DNA of 64,000 bases from an uncultured Acidobacteriota bacterium (GTDB lineage Bacteria; Acidobacteriota; Terriglobia; Acidiferrales; UBA7541), in NCBI GenBank assembly GCA_963760165.1, contig CAVXBO010000005.1, forward strand, positions 11,459 to 75,458. Direction: 5' to 3'. Under the pieces are notes generated by a model. That model searched no databases. It was not told the origin of the DNA and worked only from the letters and a program-made list of their open reading frames with translations. The position numbers were made by a program, and so were the translations under genes. Positions 10,698 through 20,659 of this stretch are shown here, one piece after another (the first letter of the stretch is position 1; every line of letters begins with the position of its first letter).

Positions 10698-10792
10698 TGC
10701 CAACTTCGTGGCACAGGTGTCTAACGTTTCCAGACCGTGCAAGGCGGCAGGCCATCGTCTATAATCTGGGCCATTACTGAGGAGCGCGCTTC

Positions 10793-11539
10793 GTGCGGTT
10801 TCTGATTCTCAGCGACATTCACGCGAACTTGACGGCGCTACAGACGTCGCTCGCGGAATCAGAAGGGAAGTGGGACAAGGTTGTTTGCCTCGGAGACGTG
10901 GTCGGCTACGGACCGGATCCGAACGAAGTGATTGACCGCGTGCGAGCCCTGGGCGCAGTAACGATTCGTGGAAACCACGACAAAGTGGGCAGCGGGCTCG
11001 AGAGCGCGGAGGATTTCAATCCCGTGGCTCGTGCCGCCGCCATGTGGACGCGCGAGCAGCTTCGTCCGGAAAACCGCGAGTATCTGGAAACCTTGCCGCT
11101 CGGTCCACTCTCGGTAGACGGATTTTCGCTGGTTCACGGCGCACTCCGCGATGAAGACGAATATGTGATCGCACCTGCGCAAGCGCTCGAGTCGCTGCTG
11201 GAAGCGCCATCGCAAGTGACATTTTTTGGTCATACCCACCTGCAAGGCGGCTTTTCTCTTGGACCCGATAACGCCATATCGGCGCTGCGTTTGCGCCCTG
11301 CCAATGGTGAAAAATTCACCAAGCTGGAAATCAAGAAGGGCACGAATTACCTGTTGAATCCAGGGTCGGTCGGCCAGCCGCGCGACGGCGATCCGCGAGC
11401 GGCATTTGCCATTGCGGATGTCGTTCACGGCGAAGTGCAATTCTGGCGCGTTGCCTACGAAGTAGAATCGGTACAAGAGCGCATGGAGAAGGCCGGCCTG
11501 CCGGAGTCGCTGATTCTGCGGCTTTCGTTCGGGCGTTAG
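10793..11539 (+). CDS. metallophosphoesterase family protein
   Basis: Motifs LILSDIHAN, CLGDVVGYGP, GNHD and GHTH. Confidence 0.8.
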   Translation: MRFLILSDIHANLTALQTSLAESEGKWDKVVCLGDVVGYGPDPNEVIDRVRALGAVTIRGNHDKVGSGLESAEDFNPVARAAAMWTREQLRPENREYLETLPLGPLSVDGFSLVHGALRDEDEYVIAPAQALESLLEAPSQVTFFGHTHLQGGFSLGPDNAISALRLRPANGEKFTKLEIKKGTNYLLNPGSVGQPRDGDPRAAFAIADVVHGEVQFWRVAYEVESVQERMEKAGLPESLILRLSFGR

Positions 11540-11558
11540 CGGCGACGTACGGTTCCAC

Positions 11559-12068
11559 TTGTCGGGCATCGTTGTGTGGCATCAGGAGAACAGCTTGGAG
11601 CGCGATGATCGAAGCCGGATGGGCGGTCCCTTCCTCGTGGGCGCTGTTGTCGTGGTTCTCGTTTTTGGCGCCTTCTATCTGGCGATGCGATTTTCGGGAG
11701 GCTCGACATCGGCGGTTCAGAAGCCGCTTCCGTTTGGAGCTGCGGAGCAGGCCTACGTCGCGGAAATCGCCTTTGACAATTTGGGCCTGTCCGCTTTCGA
11801 GAACATGCTGCATCAAAAGGTGACCTACTTGAATGGGGATATCTCCAACAAAGGCGCACGCACGATTCGCGCTGCCGAGGTCACCGTGGAATTCTACGAC
11901 CAAGACAACAAAGTGGCGTTGCGAGATACGCGCCGGATTATTGGAAACAACACCCAGCCGCTCCAAAGCGGCGAGTCGCGTGATTTTCAGATCGGGTTCG
12001 AGGCGATACCGGACCGTTGGAACCACAAGTTCCCGGCGATTCGCATAACGGGCCTCGATCTCGAATAG
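11559..12068 (+). CDS. hypothetical membrane-anchored protein
   Basis: One TM helix (FLVGAVVVVLVFGAFYLAM). The start may instead be the internal Met at 11619. Same-strand neighbour of the genes on either side. Confidence 0.5.
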   Translation: MSGIVVWHQENSLERDDRSRMGGPFLVGAVVVVLVFGAFYLAMRFSGGSTSAVQKPLPFGAAEQAYVAEIAFDNLGLSAFENMLHQKVTYLNGDISNKGARTIRAAEVTVEFYDQDNKVALRDTRRIIGNNTQPLQSGESRDFQIGFEAIPDRWNHKFPAIRITGLDLE

Positions 12069-12102
12069 AGTTTGCCGGCAGTTTGGGTTTCTCCGGCCTT
12101 CC

Positions 12103-13590
12103 ATGGATCAGTGGAAAAATCTGGAGCAGGCTCTTGGGCAGCTCGTCTCAACCGGGGCTGTCGAGGTCCACGAAGACGGTGAGTGGCTAGCTTCCCTTGC
12201 CGGTTTCCGCAGCGAAATTCGAACCCAGGGAAAGCAAACTCTCATTCACCTGTGGTCTCCCGAAACCAGTTTTGTCCGCAGAATTTTGCGAATCTCCGCT
12301 TGCGAGTCCAATCGCATTCAGCTCGAAGTGCAGAAGTTCGGTCTTGCAAAATCGGCGCGCCTGGAGTTTCTGGGTGCCGCGCGTCCCCGGACAGCGGCAC
12401 GCATTGGGCGGGAGCAGTTCAAGGCGCGATTTGGGCGCATGCTCGCCGAGCAGTTTCCGGATGGACAGGTCGAATCTCTGACCGCGGCCGCGGATTTGAA
12501 GCGTTCTTTTTCCGCGTTGTACACGCGGGGAGTGATGAGCGAAGGCCGTTCCTCGTGGGCGGTGATGGCTGCGGCGCCGTCGGAAAATTCCGTCGCATTC
12601 GATGGAATTCTGAGCTTCGGGCTATTGTGGCTCGATTGGGCGCGGCAACATGCGGATCGTCGCGCAGTGGAAGGCCTGCGGCTGTTCCTCCCGGAAGGCC
12701 AAACGCGGGTGACGATGGAGCGCTCTCGCGTGTTGAGCTCCACGGGGGGTCTGGAAGTCTACGAGTTTGGCGAACGTGACTCGCGGGTTCGGCGCGTGGA
12801 AGCCTCCGGTCGTGGGAACCTGGAAAGCTCACTCGCGCCCCGTCGCGACGCGGAGCTTGCTCTTGCCGCCGCGAGTGACACCATCAATCGTGTTCGAGCA
12901 TTGCTACCGCAGGATGCCGGCGTTATCGAAGTTTCCGTGCCCTCCGGGACCCGCGAGGTCTGCTTCCGTTTTCGGGGCCTCGAGTTCGCGCGGCGGAGCG
13001 AAGGCCAAATGTATTGTGGGCTGGGCGATGAGCGCAAACCTGTTCGTGGCCCAGAGTCCACCGAGCTCGCGCACCTGCTCGCAAGACTCGCGCAGAGACG
13101 GAGCTGCTTCAGTCCCGAAACAAACGACCCGCTTTACCGCGCAGCGCCGGAACGTTGGCTCGAGACGATGGTGCGCTCCGATCCAACGAGGTTGGACGCT
13201 CGCCTGGACGCAGGGCGCCTTTACTCGCAGGTGCCCGCCCTGGCGGCTGGCGAGCGCGGCATCATCGACCTCCTCGGCGTTACGCGCGACGGCCGGTTGG
13301 TGGTCATCGAGCTGAAGGCTTCAGAAGACTTGCAGCTGCCGTTGCAGGCTGTCGATTATTGGTTGCGGGTTCGCCGGCACTTGGTGGAAGGCGATTTCCA
13401 GCGCTACGGCTATTTCCAAGGCGTCGAACTCAAGGCTGATCCGCCGCTGATCTGGCTGGTGGCGCCGAGTTTGCGTTTTCACGCGGCAAACGAAGTGCAG
13501 TTGCGCTATCTCTCAGCAGACCTGAAATTTAGCAGGATCGGATTGAACGAGAACTGGCGTCGTGGTCTGCGGGTTGTTTTCAGACAATAA
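12103..13590 (+). CDS. hypothetical protein with C-terminal PD-(D/E)XK (NucS/Cas4-like) nuclease motif
   Basis: 495 aa. The C-terminus contains GIIDLLGVTRDGRLVVIELKASED (D...E-x-K). The N-terminal ~370 aa are unrecognised. Confidence 0.6.
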   Translation: MDQWKNLEQALGQLVSTGAVEVHEDGEWLASLAGFRSEIRTQGKQTLIHLWSPETSFVRRILRISACESNRIQLEVQKFGLAKSARLEFLGAARPRTAARIGREQFKARFGRMLAEQFPDGQVESLTAAADLKRSFSALYTRGVMSEGRSSWAVMAAAPSENSVAFDGILSFGLLWLDWARQHADRRAVEGLRLFLPEGQTRVTMERSRVLSSTGGLEVYEFGERDSRVRRVEASGRGNLESSLAPRRDAELALAAASDTINRVRALLPQDAGVIEVSVPSGTREVCFRFRGLEFARRSEGQMYCGLGDERKPVRGPESTELAHLLARLAQRRSCFSPETNDPLYRAAPERWLETMVRSDPTRLDARLDAGRLYSQVPALAAGERGIIDLLGVTRDGRLVVIELKASEDLQLPLQAVDYWLRVRRHLVEGDFQRYGYFQGVELKADPPLIWLVAPSLRFHAANEVQLRYLSADLKFSRIGLNENWRRGLRVVFRQ

Positions 13591-13754
13591 ACGAGCACGC
13601 GACTGCAAAAGAAGAAGGGAAGCAGCTTAGGTTTCCCTATGCCACTTCCCGGGGTGTGTCCTAGATGTGATTATTTAAATAGATGCCATATTTGGGCAAA
13701 GGTTGCAATGAAAGAAATCATGTACGCGGGGACAGAAAAGGCCCGACTGCCTCG

Positions 13755-14264
13755 TCAGTAAAAGAGGTACTTCCGCCACTTCTCGTCTTTGTGGCCAATC
13801 AGGCGCATAAGCTGCCGTGAAGTGTGAAGAGTAAATGGCCGGGGTCTTCGCGCCAGCTGCAGCCCTGCTTCTTCCGGCGTACGATCGCCCTTACGGTTGT
13901 TGCATTCATAGCAGCAAGCCACGAGGTTCTCCCAAGATGACCGGCCACCGCGCGAACGGGGCAGAACGTGATCGAGCGTAAGCTCTGAAGTGGAAAACGT
14001 GCGTCCGCAAAACTGACAGATATTGCGATCCCGCAGGAGGATGTTCTTCCGCGAAAGGGCGCGGCTTTGCTGTGGAATGTGGCGATAGCTTAGCAGGCGG
14101 ATCACCGAGGGCACAGGGACGGCTTTGCTCGTCGAATGGACCTGCGACGTTTGGGTCTCTTCTGCCTGAGCAACGCCCTTGAGCATGAGTACTAGGGCCC
14201 GCCGAACCGCGGTGACGTTGATCGGTTCAAAGGTGGCATTGAGCACTAGAACGGGCGCCTGCAT
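13755..14264 (-). CDS. HNH endonuclease
   Basis: CQFCG...[13 protein letters not shown]...[16 protein letters not shown]. Start taken at [17 protein letters not shown]. Confidence 0.8.
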   Translation of the reverse strand: MQAPVLVLNATFEPINVTAVRRALVLMLKGVAQAEETQTSQVHSTSKAVPVPSVIRLLSYRHIPQQSRALSRKNILLRDRNICQFCGRTFSTSELTLDHVLPRSRGGRSSWENLVACCYECNNRKGDRTPEEAGLQLARRPRPFTLHTSRQLMRLIGHKDEKWRKYLFY

Positions 14265-14423
14265 CAACGACGGACGTCGTGGCGCGCACTCTAGCGTGGC
14301 CCCCGTTTCGTTTGCAGGATGATTCCCCGCGATGGAAATCTTCGGCCGGGGCCGCAGAACATTCGATTTGTGACGGCTGTCCATATTGAGATCGAATCCA
14401 GTTACCGATGCTGGTTGTGAACC

Positions 14424-15254
14424 CTAGCCGTTCTCTCCTTTAGATGCGGATGGCGCCCGGAGGGTCTTAGCCTTTTGGGTAAGGCTGCCTGAGTCCGGGC
14501 CGGCCTGCGAAATGGCCCGTGCAACCGTCAGACCTATCACGCTCTTGGCGCCCGCTTTCTTTAAGGCACGGGCGCACGCGTCAAGAGTTGCGCCAGTCGT
14601 AAATACATCATCTATCAGCAACACGCGGAGGTTGTCAACCCGCGCTCCTTTTCGAATTTCGTAAGCGCCATGTACGGTCAGCCAGCGCTCGCGGCGCGAC
14701 AGGAGGAGGCGCGCGGGCCGAGGTTTGGTGCGCACCAGGAGGTACGGTCCAAGGGGGAGACGCAGCCGGTGGGCGAGCGGCCTGGCGATCAGCTCCGCTT
14801 GGTTGTAGCCGCGCTCGCGCTGGCGCACCGGGTGAAGAGGAACCGGCACCACCACGTCGACGGGACCCAGCGCCGCATCCGCCTGAATTACCTGGTGCAA
14901 TCGCTTAGCGAACCACTGGCCCAAGCGCGTCAGTTTTTCATACTTGAGCAAGCCAATAGCGCGCACCATCTGGTCGGTGTAAGCGCCGAAGCTCCGCGCA
15001 CACTCGAACGCGTACACTTCGCGCCTGCACGCAAAGCATTTGGGTGCCTTGGCGTCGAGAGCGACCTCGGAAACGAATGGCCGTCCGCAGCACACGCACA
15101 AAGGCCCGCGCAGCGGTTGGAGAGATGTGAAGCATGCTCCACAAATGGGAAGCATGCTGGCATTCGTGAGCACAGCGCCGCAGATCCGGCACGGCGCTGG
15201 GAACAGCACCGAGGCCAGTGCGTCGGCGGCTCCGCGAAACAGAGAGAGAGTCAT
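14424..15254 (-). CDS. comF: ComF family protein (phosphoribosyltransferase domain)
   Basis: N-terminal Cys clusters (CRICG, CGAC) and a C-terminal PRTase motif LLIDDVFTTGAT. Confidence 0.8.
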   Translation of the reverse strand: MTLSLFRGAADALASVLFPAPCRICGAVLTNASMLPICGACFTSLQPLRGPLCVCCGRPFVSEVALDAKAPKCFACRREVYAFECARSFGAYTDQMVRAIGLLKYEKLTRLGQWFAKRLHQVIQADAALGPVDVVVPVPLHPVRQRERGYNQAELIARPLAHRLRLPLGPYLLVRTKPRPARLLLSRRERWLTVHGAYEIRKGARVDNLRVLLIDDVFTTGATLDACARALKKAGAKSVIGLTVARAISQAGPDSGSLTQKAKTLRAPSASKGENG

Positions 15255-15388
15255 TTACCGAACAGGGACGGCCAATAACCTATACTATTTTGTGTGCAGG
15301 GGAAAGATTGTGTGTAGACAACGCCGGACATCAGGGCCGAGGCGCCGGCAGAGTTATCGCGGGAGATTTCGCGGAGCGGAGACGGCTA

Positions 15389-15748
15389 CTACAGAAGTCC
15401 TTGTTCCTGCTTTTCCTGGCAGCTGATGCAGTAGCGGGTCCAGGGCACAGCTTCGAGGCGCTTCTGTTGCAATTCCTGCTGGCACTGGATGCACAACCCG
15501 AAGGTGCCTTCGCGAATGCGTTCGAGGGCTTCGTCAACCAGTTGCAACAAAGCGCGATCGTTATGCGTCTGCCCAAAGAGGAATTCCTTGGTGTAGGAGT
15601 TCGCGGCTTTGTCCGCGAGGTCTACCGTAGGATCCTCGTCCGCTTCGCGGCCCTCCTGACCAGTGCGCACGATGGCCTTCACCAACTCCTCGCGGCGGGT
15701 CTGCAGCTTCTTCTTGTAGTACTCCAACCTCTTCTTGTCCACGATCAT
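15389..15748 (-). CDS. dksA: DksA/TraR family C4-type zinc-finger protein
   Basis: CIQCQQE...YCISC zinc finger after a coiled-coil region. Start taken at MIVDKKRLEYY. Confidence 0.8.
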   Translation of the reverse strand: MIVDKKRLEYYKKKLQTRREELVKAIVRTGQEGREADEDPTVDLADKAANSYTKEFLFGQTHNDRALLQLVDEALERIREGTFGLCIQCQQELQQKRLEAVPWTRYCISCQEKQEQGLL

Positions 15749-15874
15749 GGTCCTCGGAAGGCCCTTCGCCCTCCACAAAATCGAACGATTGTAGCGGCGC
15801 GTTTTGCGATTGTCAATTCACGGGACGCAGCGCGCCTCGCAAGCGTCCATTAGATGTAGGTCGTTTCCGAAAAG

Positions 15875-16837
15875 TTACCTGCCGCTTTTGTTCAAGGAGC
15901 GAGCGGGATAAGAGAAGTGGACCACCACAAACAGCAAGCCGATAACGACGAAAGCCGCCACACTTGCTTCCGGTCCAACCGACCCGCCGGTTAGCCACCG
16001 CGGCCCGTGTAACGAGGAATTCAGCAAATGCCCGGGCGCGGGTAGGCCGCTGTCGGGGACGCCGTAAATGAAAGTCTCGCCATAATCCCATGCGGCGTGC
16101 AAGCCGACGGCGAACCATATGCTGCCGGTTCGGCGCAGCGTGAAGCAGAAAAAGAACGCGATCAGCGCCGCGCACAGCGCGCCGGGCAATGCCTCCCCCA
16201 CATTGTTCAAGTGCCCGGCGCCGAAGAGAATCGATAGCAGAATCGCAGCGGGCCAAAATCCCATGCCCGTGGCAAGAGTGAACTGGCTGTACCCGCGAAA
16301 GACAAATTCCTCGAAGAAGCCGGTCAGCAGAAACGCAATTCCCCACATCACCGCATAGTGAGCCATCGCGTGGCCGGACAGCGCCAATTTCCCAAAGCTG
16401 AATCCGTGAAGCGCTGCGATCAGCATCAACGTGACCGTGATTGCCACGAATCCCCAGACGACCCCCTGCCAGAAAAGCCGCCCGAACGCCTGGCGCACTG
16501 GGAGGCCGTATTGCCCCATGGGCCGCTTCTCAATCCGCGACAGGATGGCCGCAGCAATAAACATCGAAATGACGAAGATAGCTTCTTGCGCAAGGACACT
16601 CGACGCGGTAAAAATCGAAGCCTCGGAATGCAAGTTCAGGAGCCCTACGGCAACGCTGGCAAGCACCAGCGGAGTTGCGCACCCAATCAGAATCGCGAGG
16701 AAAATCAGCCACCGCCAACCGGCACGGATTCCCTGCGGACCCGCGAAGACCCGCACAATTCGGTCCTCGATACTCTCGATTTTCTCAGGCGGCGGTTGTT
16801 GAACGGGGGCCGGATTGTCGTTTGGCGACAGACTCAT
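15875..16837 (-). CDS. CPBP family intramembrane glutamic endopeptidase
   Basis: Multi-TM with FFEEFVFRGY and later GAGH/H motifs. Confidence 0.8.
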   Translation of the reverse strand: MSLSPNDNPAPVQQPPPEKIESIEDRIVRVFAGPQGIRAGWRWLIFLAILIGCATPLVLASVAVGLLNLHSEASIFTASSVLAQEAIFVISMFIAAAILSRIEKRPMGQYGLPVRQAFGRLFWQGVVWGFVAITVTLMLIAALHGFSFGKLALSGHAMAHYAVMWGIAFLLTGFFEEFVFRGYSQFTLATGMGFWPAAILLSILFGAGHLNNVGEALPGALCAALIAFFFCFTLRRTGSIWFAVGLHAAWDYGETFIYGVPDSGLPAPGHLLNSSLHGPRWLTGGSVGPEASVAAFVVIGLLFVVVHFSYPARSLNKSGR

Positions 16838-16970
16838 TGGTCACAACCCTTTTTCATTTTGAAACGCTTGCCTTCCGTTTTGGAGAATTCGCTTCGGTTA
16901 AGTGCCCGCAACCGCGCATCATACGCGAATTAGAACGCGGCCAAAGATTTTTCGCAATTCGTTTGCGAGG

Positions 16971-16999
16971 TTGCGACGCCTTGCCGCGGCTGATAGAAT
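16971..16999 (+). promoter_or_regulatory. candidate sigma70-like promoter of the lpdA operon (TTGCGA-17-TAGAAT)
   Basis: Hexamers at 16971-16976 and 16994-16999, about 95 nt upstream of lpdA. Confidence 0.35.
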
Positions 17000-17093
17000 C
17001 GGAAATTTGCGCGACGCGGAATGAGAGCGCTGTGCGCGAACCTTCCGCATTCCCTGTGGGAGACCGGGTGGGGCGCCTGGTGAGGAGAGCAAG

Positions 17094-18491
17094 TTGGCCA
17101 AATACGATCTTGCGATTATTGGAAGCGGGCCGGGCGGGTATGTGGCGGCCATCCGCGCCGGACAATGGGGCCTAAAGACCGTTGTCGTTGAGAAGGATCC
17201 CTTCCTGGGCGGGACCTGCCTGCACGTGGGCTGCATTCCCACCAAGGTGCTGCTCCATCACGCCGACCTTTACGAGGACTTCAAGCGAGCCGCCGAGTTC
17301 GGCTTCGAAGTCAAAGACGTCAAAGTGAACTGGCCCGCCATGATCGAGCGCAAGACGAAAATCGTGAACAAACACGCGAAAGGAATCGAATTTCTTTTCA
17401 AGAAAAACAAAGTTGAGTCCATGCAAGGCTGGGGCCGCATCACCGGTCCGGGGAAAGTCTCCGTCGAACAGAATGGCAAGAAGACCGAGATCGAAGCGGC
17501 CAACATCATACTCGCATCGGGCTCCAGCGCGCGGTCGCTGCCCGGAGTGGAAATCGACAACAAAAGCATTTTCGATAACTGCGGCGTGCTGGCGCTGCCG
17601 GCAATACCGAAGTCGCTGATCATCGTTGGGGCGGGCGCGGTAGGCGTCGAATTCGCTTCGATTTACAAAACGTTTGGCACCGACGTCACTATTCTCGAAA
17701 AGCTGCCTCGCATGGTGCCGCTGGAGGACGAAGAAATCTCCGCCGAGCTTGCCAAAGCGTTTCGGAAACGCGGGATTCGTTTCGAGCTCGAAGCCGGAGT
17801 GGAATCGGTGAAGAAGGACGCCAAGGGCGTCAGCGTTACGTTCAAGGATAAAGCGGGTAAGGCGCAAACGATCTCGGCGGAGGGAGTTCTGATTGCCGTC
17901 GGGCGCAAACCGAAGACCGAGAACGTCGGACTCGAGAAGACCACGGCCAAGGTGGAGCGCGGGTTTGTCCACACTTCGGCGTATATGGAGACGGCCGAGC
18001 CGCACTTTTATGCCATCGGCGACATTGTGGCCGGACAGCCACAGCTTGCGCATGCCGCGTCCATGCAGGGAATCATCGCGGTCGGACGCATCGCCGGAAA
18101 GCCCGTGCAACCGTTTGACCGCAATCGCTGCCCGAATTGTACCTTCTGCGAGCCGCAGATTGGCTCGGTGGGATTGACGGAGAAGCAAGCGCGCGACGCC
18201 GGTCACAAGGTGAAAACGGGCAAGTTTCCATTCGCCGCCAATAGCAAGTCGTCGATCCTCGGGCGTCACGAAGGATTCATCAAAGTGGTGGCCGATGAGA
18301 AGTACAATGAAATACTGGGAGTGCACTCAATCGGCTCGCTTTCGACGGAGATCATTGCCGAAGCGACTACCGCGCTTCAGCTGGAGGGCGCCATCGACGA
18401 CATGATGGCGATGATTCATGCCCATCCGACGGTCTGGGAAGCGATGGGCGATGCATTCAACTCCGTGATGGGCCTGACGATCAACGCGTAG
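17094..18491 (+). CDS. lpdA: dihydrolipoyl dehydrogenase (E3)
   Basis: GSGPGGY, the redox-active GTCLHVGCIPTK and a C-terminal HAHPT motif. Confidence 0.93.
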   Translation: MAKYDLAIIGSGPGGYVAAIRAGQWGLKTVVVEKDPFLGGTCLHVGCIPTKVLLHHADLYEDFKRAAEFGFEVKDVKVNWPAMIERKTKIVNKHAKGIEFLFKKNKVESMQGWGRITGPGKVSVEQNGKKTEIEAANIILASGSSARSLPGVEIDNKSIFDNCGVLALPAIPKSLIIVGAGAVGVEFASIYKTFGTDVTILEKLPRMVPLEDEEISAELAKAFRKRGIRFELEAGVESVKKDAKGVSVTFKDKAGKAQTISAEGVLIAVGRKPKTENVGLEKTTAKVERGFVHTSAYMETAEPHFYAIGDIVAGQPQLAHAASMQGIIAVGRIAGKPVQPFDRNRCPNCTFCEPQIGSVGLTEKQARDAGHKVKTGKFPFAANSKSSILGRHEGFIKVVADEKYNEILGVHSIGSLSTEIIAEATTALQLEGAIDDMMAMIHAHPTVWEAMGDAFNSVMGLTINA

Positions 18492-18496
18492 CGCAG

Positions 18497-19264
18497 ATGG
18501 AGCCTTTGCCAATCACCGATAACATTTGCTGGGTTGTCGATGCCGGTTTGATGGCTTACCAGCCGGCTTTTGAGCTGCAACGCCGCTTGGTGGCCGCGCG
18601 CAAGGCCGGCGCTGCGCCGGACGTGTTGCTTCTCTGCGAGCACACGCACGTGATCACGCTGGGGCGCAACGGCCATCCAGAGCATCTGCTGGCATCGCAG
18701 CATTTGCTTTCTCAGATGAACGTCGAATTCCATTCGACCGATCGCGGCGGGGACATCACCTATCACGGGCCCGGACAAATTGTTGGCTATCCGATCTTGA
18801 ATCTCGCGGCCATTCGCCGCGACGTTGCTTGGTACGTGCGGCAATTGGAAGAAATAATGATTCGCGCCACGGCGGAGTTCGGAATTGAAGCGGGCCGCAA
18901 AACGGGTATGACCGGTGTCTGGGTTGAGCGCCCGGCTCATGGAGCCGAGGCGGCGGAAAAGCTCGCCGCCATCGGCGTGCACCTTAGCCGCTGGGTGACT
19001 TCGCATGGGTTCGCGTACAACGTCTCAACCGATTTGCGCTACTTCGATTTGATTGTTCCGTGCGGGATTCAAGGTAAACGCGCCACATCGCTGGAGCTCT
19101 TGCTGGGGCGAACGGTTCATCGCGCGGAAGTGCTTCCACGTATCGTGCGGCACTTCGCTGATGTTCTTGGCCGTGAGATGCGGACCGTTTCGCGCGACTC
19201 GCTCGAAGAAACTTTGCCTGATCAGGAACAAGCACAGGAGGTTCCCCTTCATGCAGCGGTCTGA
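18497..19264 (+). CDS. lipB: lipoyl(octanoyl) transferase
   Basis: RGGDITYHGPGQIVGYPI and KLAAIGV motifs. Confidence 0.9.
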   Translation: MEPLPITDNICWVVDAGLMAYQPAFELQRRLVAARKAGAAPDVLLLCEHTHVITLGRNGHPEHLLASQHLLSQMNVEFHSTDRGGDITYHGPGQIVGYPILNLAAIRRDVAWYVRQLEEIMIRATAEFGIEAGRKTGMTGVWVERPAHGAEAAEKLAAIGVHLSRWVTSHGFAYNVSTDLRYFDLIVPCGIQGKRATSLELLLGRTVHRAEVLPRIVRHFADVLGREMRTVSRDSLEETLPDQEQAQEVPLHAAV

Positions 19265-19348
19265 TCAGCAGCGCGCGACAGCGAGAAGGCGGCAGCTTCG
19301 CGCAACGATTTGCCGTAGAATGGTGGCATCTCGCGCAAGGGGCAACAG

Positions 19349-20659
19349 ATGAGCGATCCGCTCACCAGGGATCAGCACCTCGAACTCTATTACTACATGA
19401 AGTTGAACCGCATGCTCGATGAGCAACTCGTGCGGTTGTTCCGCCAGAACGTCGTCGTGGGCGGGCTGTATTCGAATCTCGGGCAGGAGGCCACGTCTGT
19501 CGGCACAGCGTACGCCCTCGAAAAGCGCGACTGGATCGCGCCGATGATTCGCAATGTGGGTGGGTTGCTCGTCAAAGGTTTCAAACCTCGCGACATTCTC
19601 ATGCAATACATGGCGCGTCGCGATTCTCCGACCATGGGCAAGGACGGCACCAGCCATTTTGGTGATTTGAAGGTTCGCCATGTGGTTTCGCCGATTTCCA
19701 TGCTCGGCGATCTGGTGCCGGTGATGGCCGGCGTGGCCATTGCAGGCCGCTATCTGGGTCAGAACATTGTGACGATGACTTGGGTGGGCGACGGAGCGAC
19801 GTCGACGGGAGCTTTTCACGAAGGCTTGAACTTCGCCGCGACGCAGCGTGCGCCCCTGGTGCTGGTGGTCGAAAACAATCAGTGGGCGTATTCGACGCCG
19901 GTGGCAAAGCAGGTGCCGATTCACGATCTGGCGGATCGCGCCAAAGCGTACGGCATCGCCAGTTCCATCGTGGACGGCAATGATGTCACGGCTGTGTACC
20001 AGACCGCGAAAGAAGCCGTCGACCGCTGCCGCGCGGGCAATGGCCCCGTGCTCATCGAGGCGAAAACGATGCGTATGCAGGGCCATGCGCAGCACGATCC
20101 TGCCGAATATGTGCCTAAGGAAATGTTCAAGTATTGGGAAGCGCGCGATCCCATCGTGCGTTATGAAAAATATCTCACGGAAAACAATATCTGGGATGCC
20201 AAGGCCAAAGCGGCTCTCGACGCGCGCATCGAGAAGGAATTGAAAGAAGAGCTGGAATTTGCGGAGAAATCTCCGCTGCCTCCGCCGGAGCTCGCGGAGC
20301 AGGGCGTCTACTGCGACGGATGCCACACCGTCGAAGCCGAGTGGAAACGCTCGAAGAAGGAAGTGACCCCGCCGCAATCCAGCGTAAAACCGGAGTGGGA
20401 AGTCACCGATTTCGGCGGCTTCGATTTGGCGTCAACGATTTCGAAGAAGGCCGCCGCTGCTGCTGGCAATGGCGGAAAGTCCGCAACCTCCACGCCGCCA
20501 CCGGCGGGAAAATCGATGCGCAACTCGCCCGAGCCCAAATCCAATGGGCAAAAAGCAAGCGTGCAAAAGCCAAATGGACGTCCTGAAAGATCAGGAATCG
20601 CGGAGGGTGAGAGAATCCCCTTCGGCCGCGGCCCTAAGGGCAAGACGGGGAGGAAGTAA
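19349..20659 (+). CDS. 2-oxoacid (pyruvate/branched-chain) dehydrogenase E1 alpha subunit with a ~115-aa low-complexity C-terminal tail
   Basis: TPP motif GDGATSTGAFHEGLNFAA...VVENNQWA. Lys/Pro/Gly/Ser-rich tail. 1-nt overlap (TAATG) with E1 beta. Confidence 0.9.
   Translation: MSDPLTRDQHLELYYYMKLNRMLDEQLVRLFRQNVVVGGLYSNLGQEATSVGTAYALEKRDWIAPMIRNVGGLLVKGFKPRDILMQYMARRDSPTMGKDGTSHFGDLKVRHVVSPISMLGDLVPVMAGVAIAGRYLGQNIVTMTWVGDGATSTGAFHEGLNFAATQRAPLVLVVENNQWAYSTPVAKQVPIHDLADRAKAYGIASSIVDGNDVTAVYQTAKEAVDRCRAGNGPVLIEAKTMRMQGHAQHDPAEYVPKEMFKYWEARDPIVRYEKYLTENNIWDAKAKAALDARIEKELKEELEFAEKSPLPPPELAEQGVYCDGCHTVEAEWKRSKKEVTPPQSSVKPEWEVTDFGGFDLASTISKKAAAAAGNGGKSATSTPPPAGKSMRNSPEPKSNGQKASVQKPNGRPERSGIAEGERIPFGRGPKGKTGRK

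Noticed and set aside
17172-20377. Long antisense ORFs over lpdA (17172-18326) and E1 alpha (19265-20377)
   Set aside because: Same shadow-ORF pattern. The sense strands carry clear enzyme motifs.
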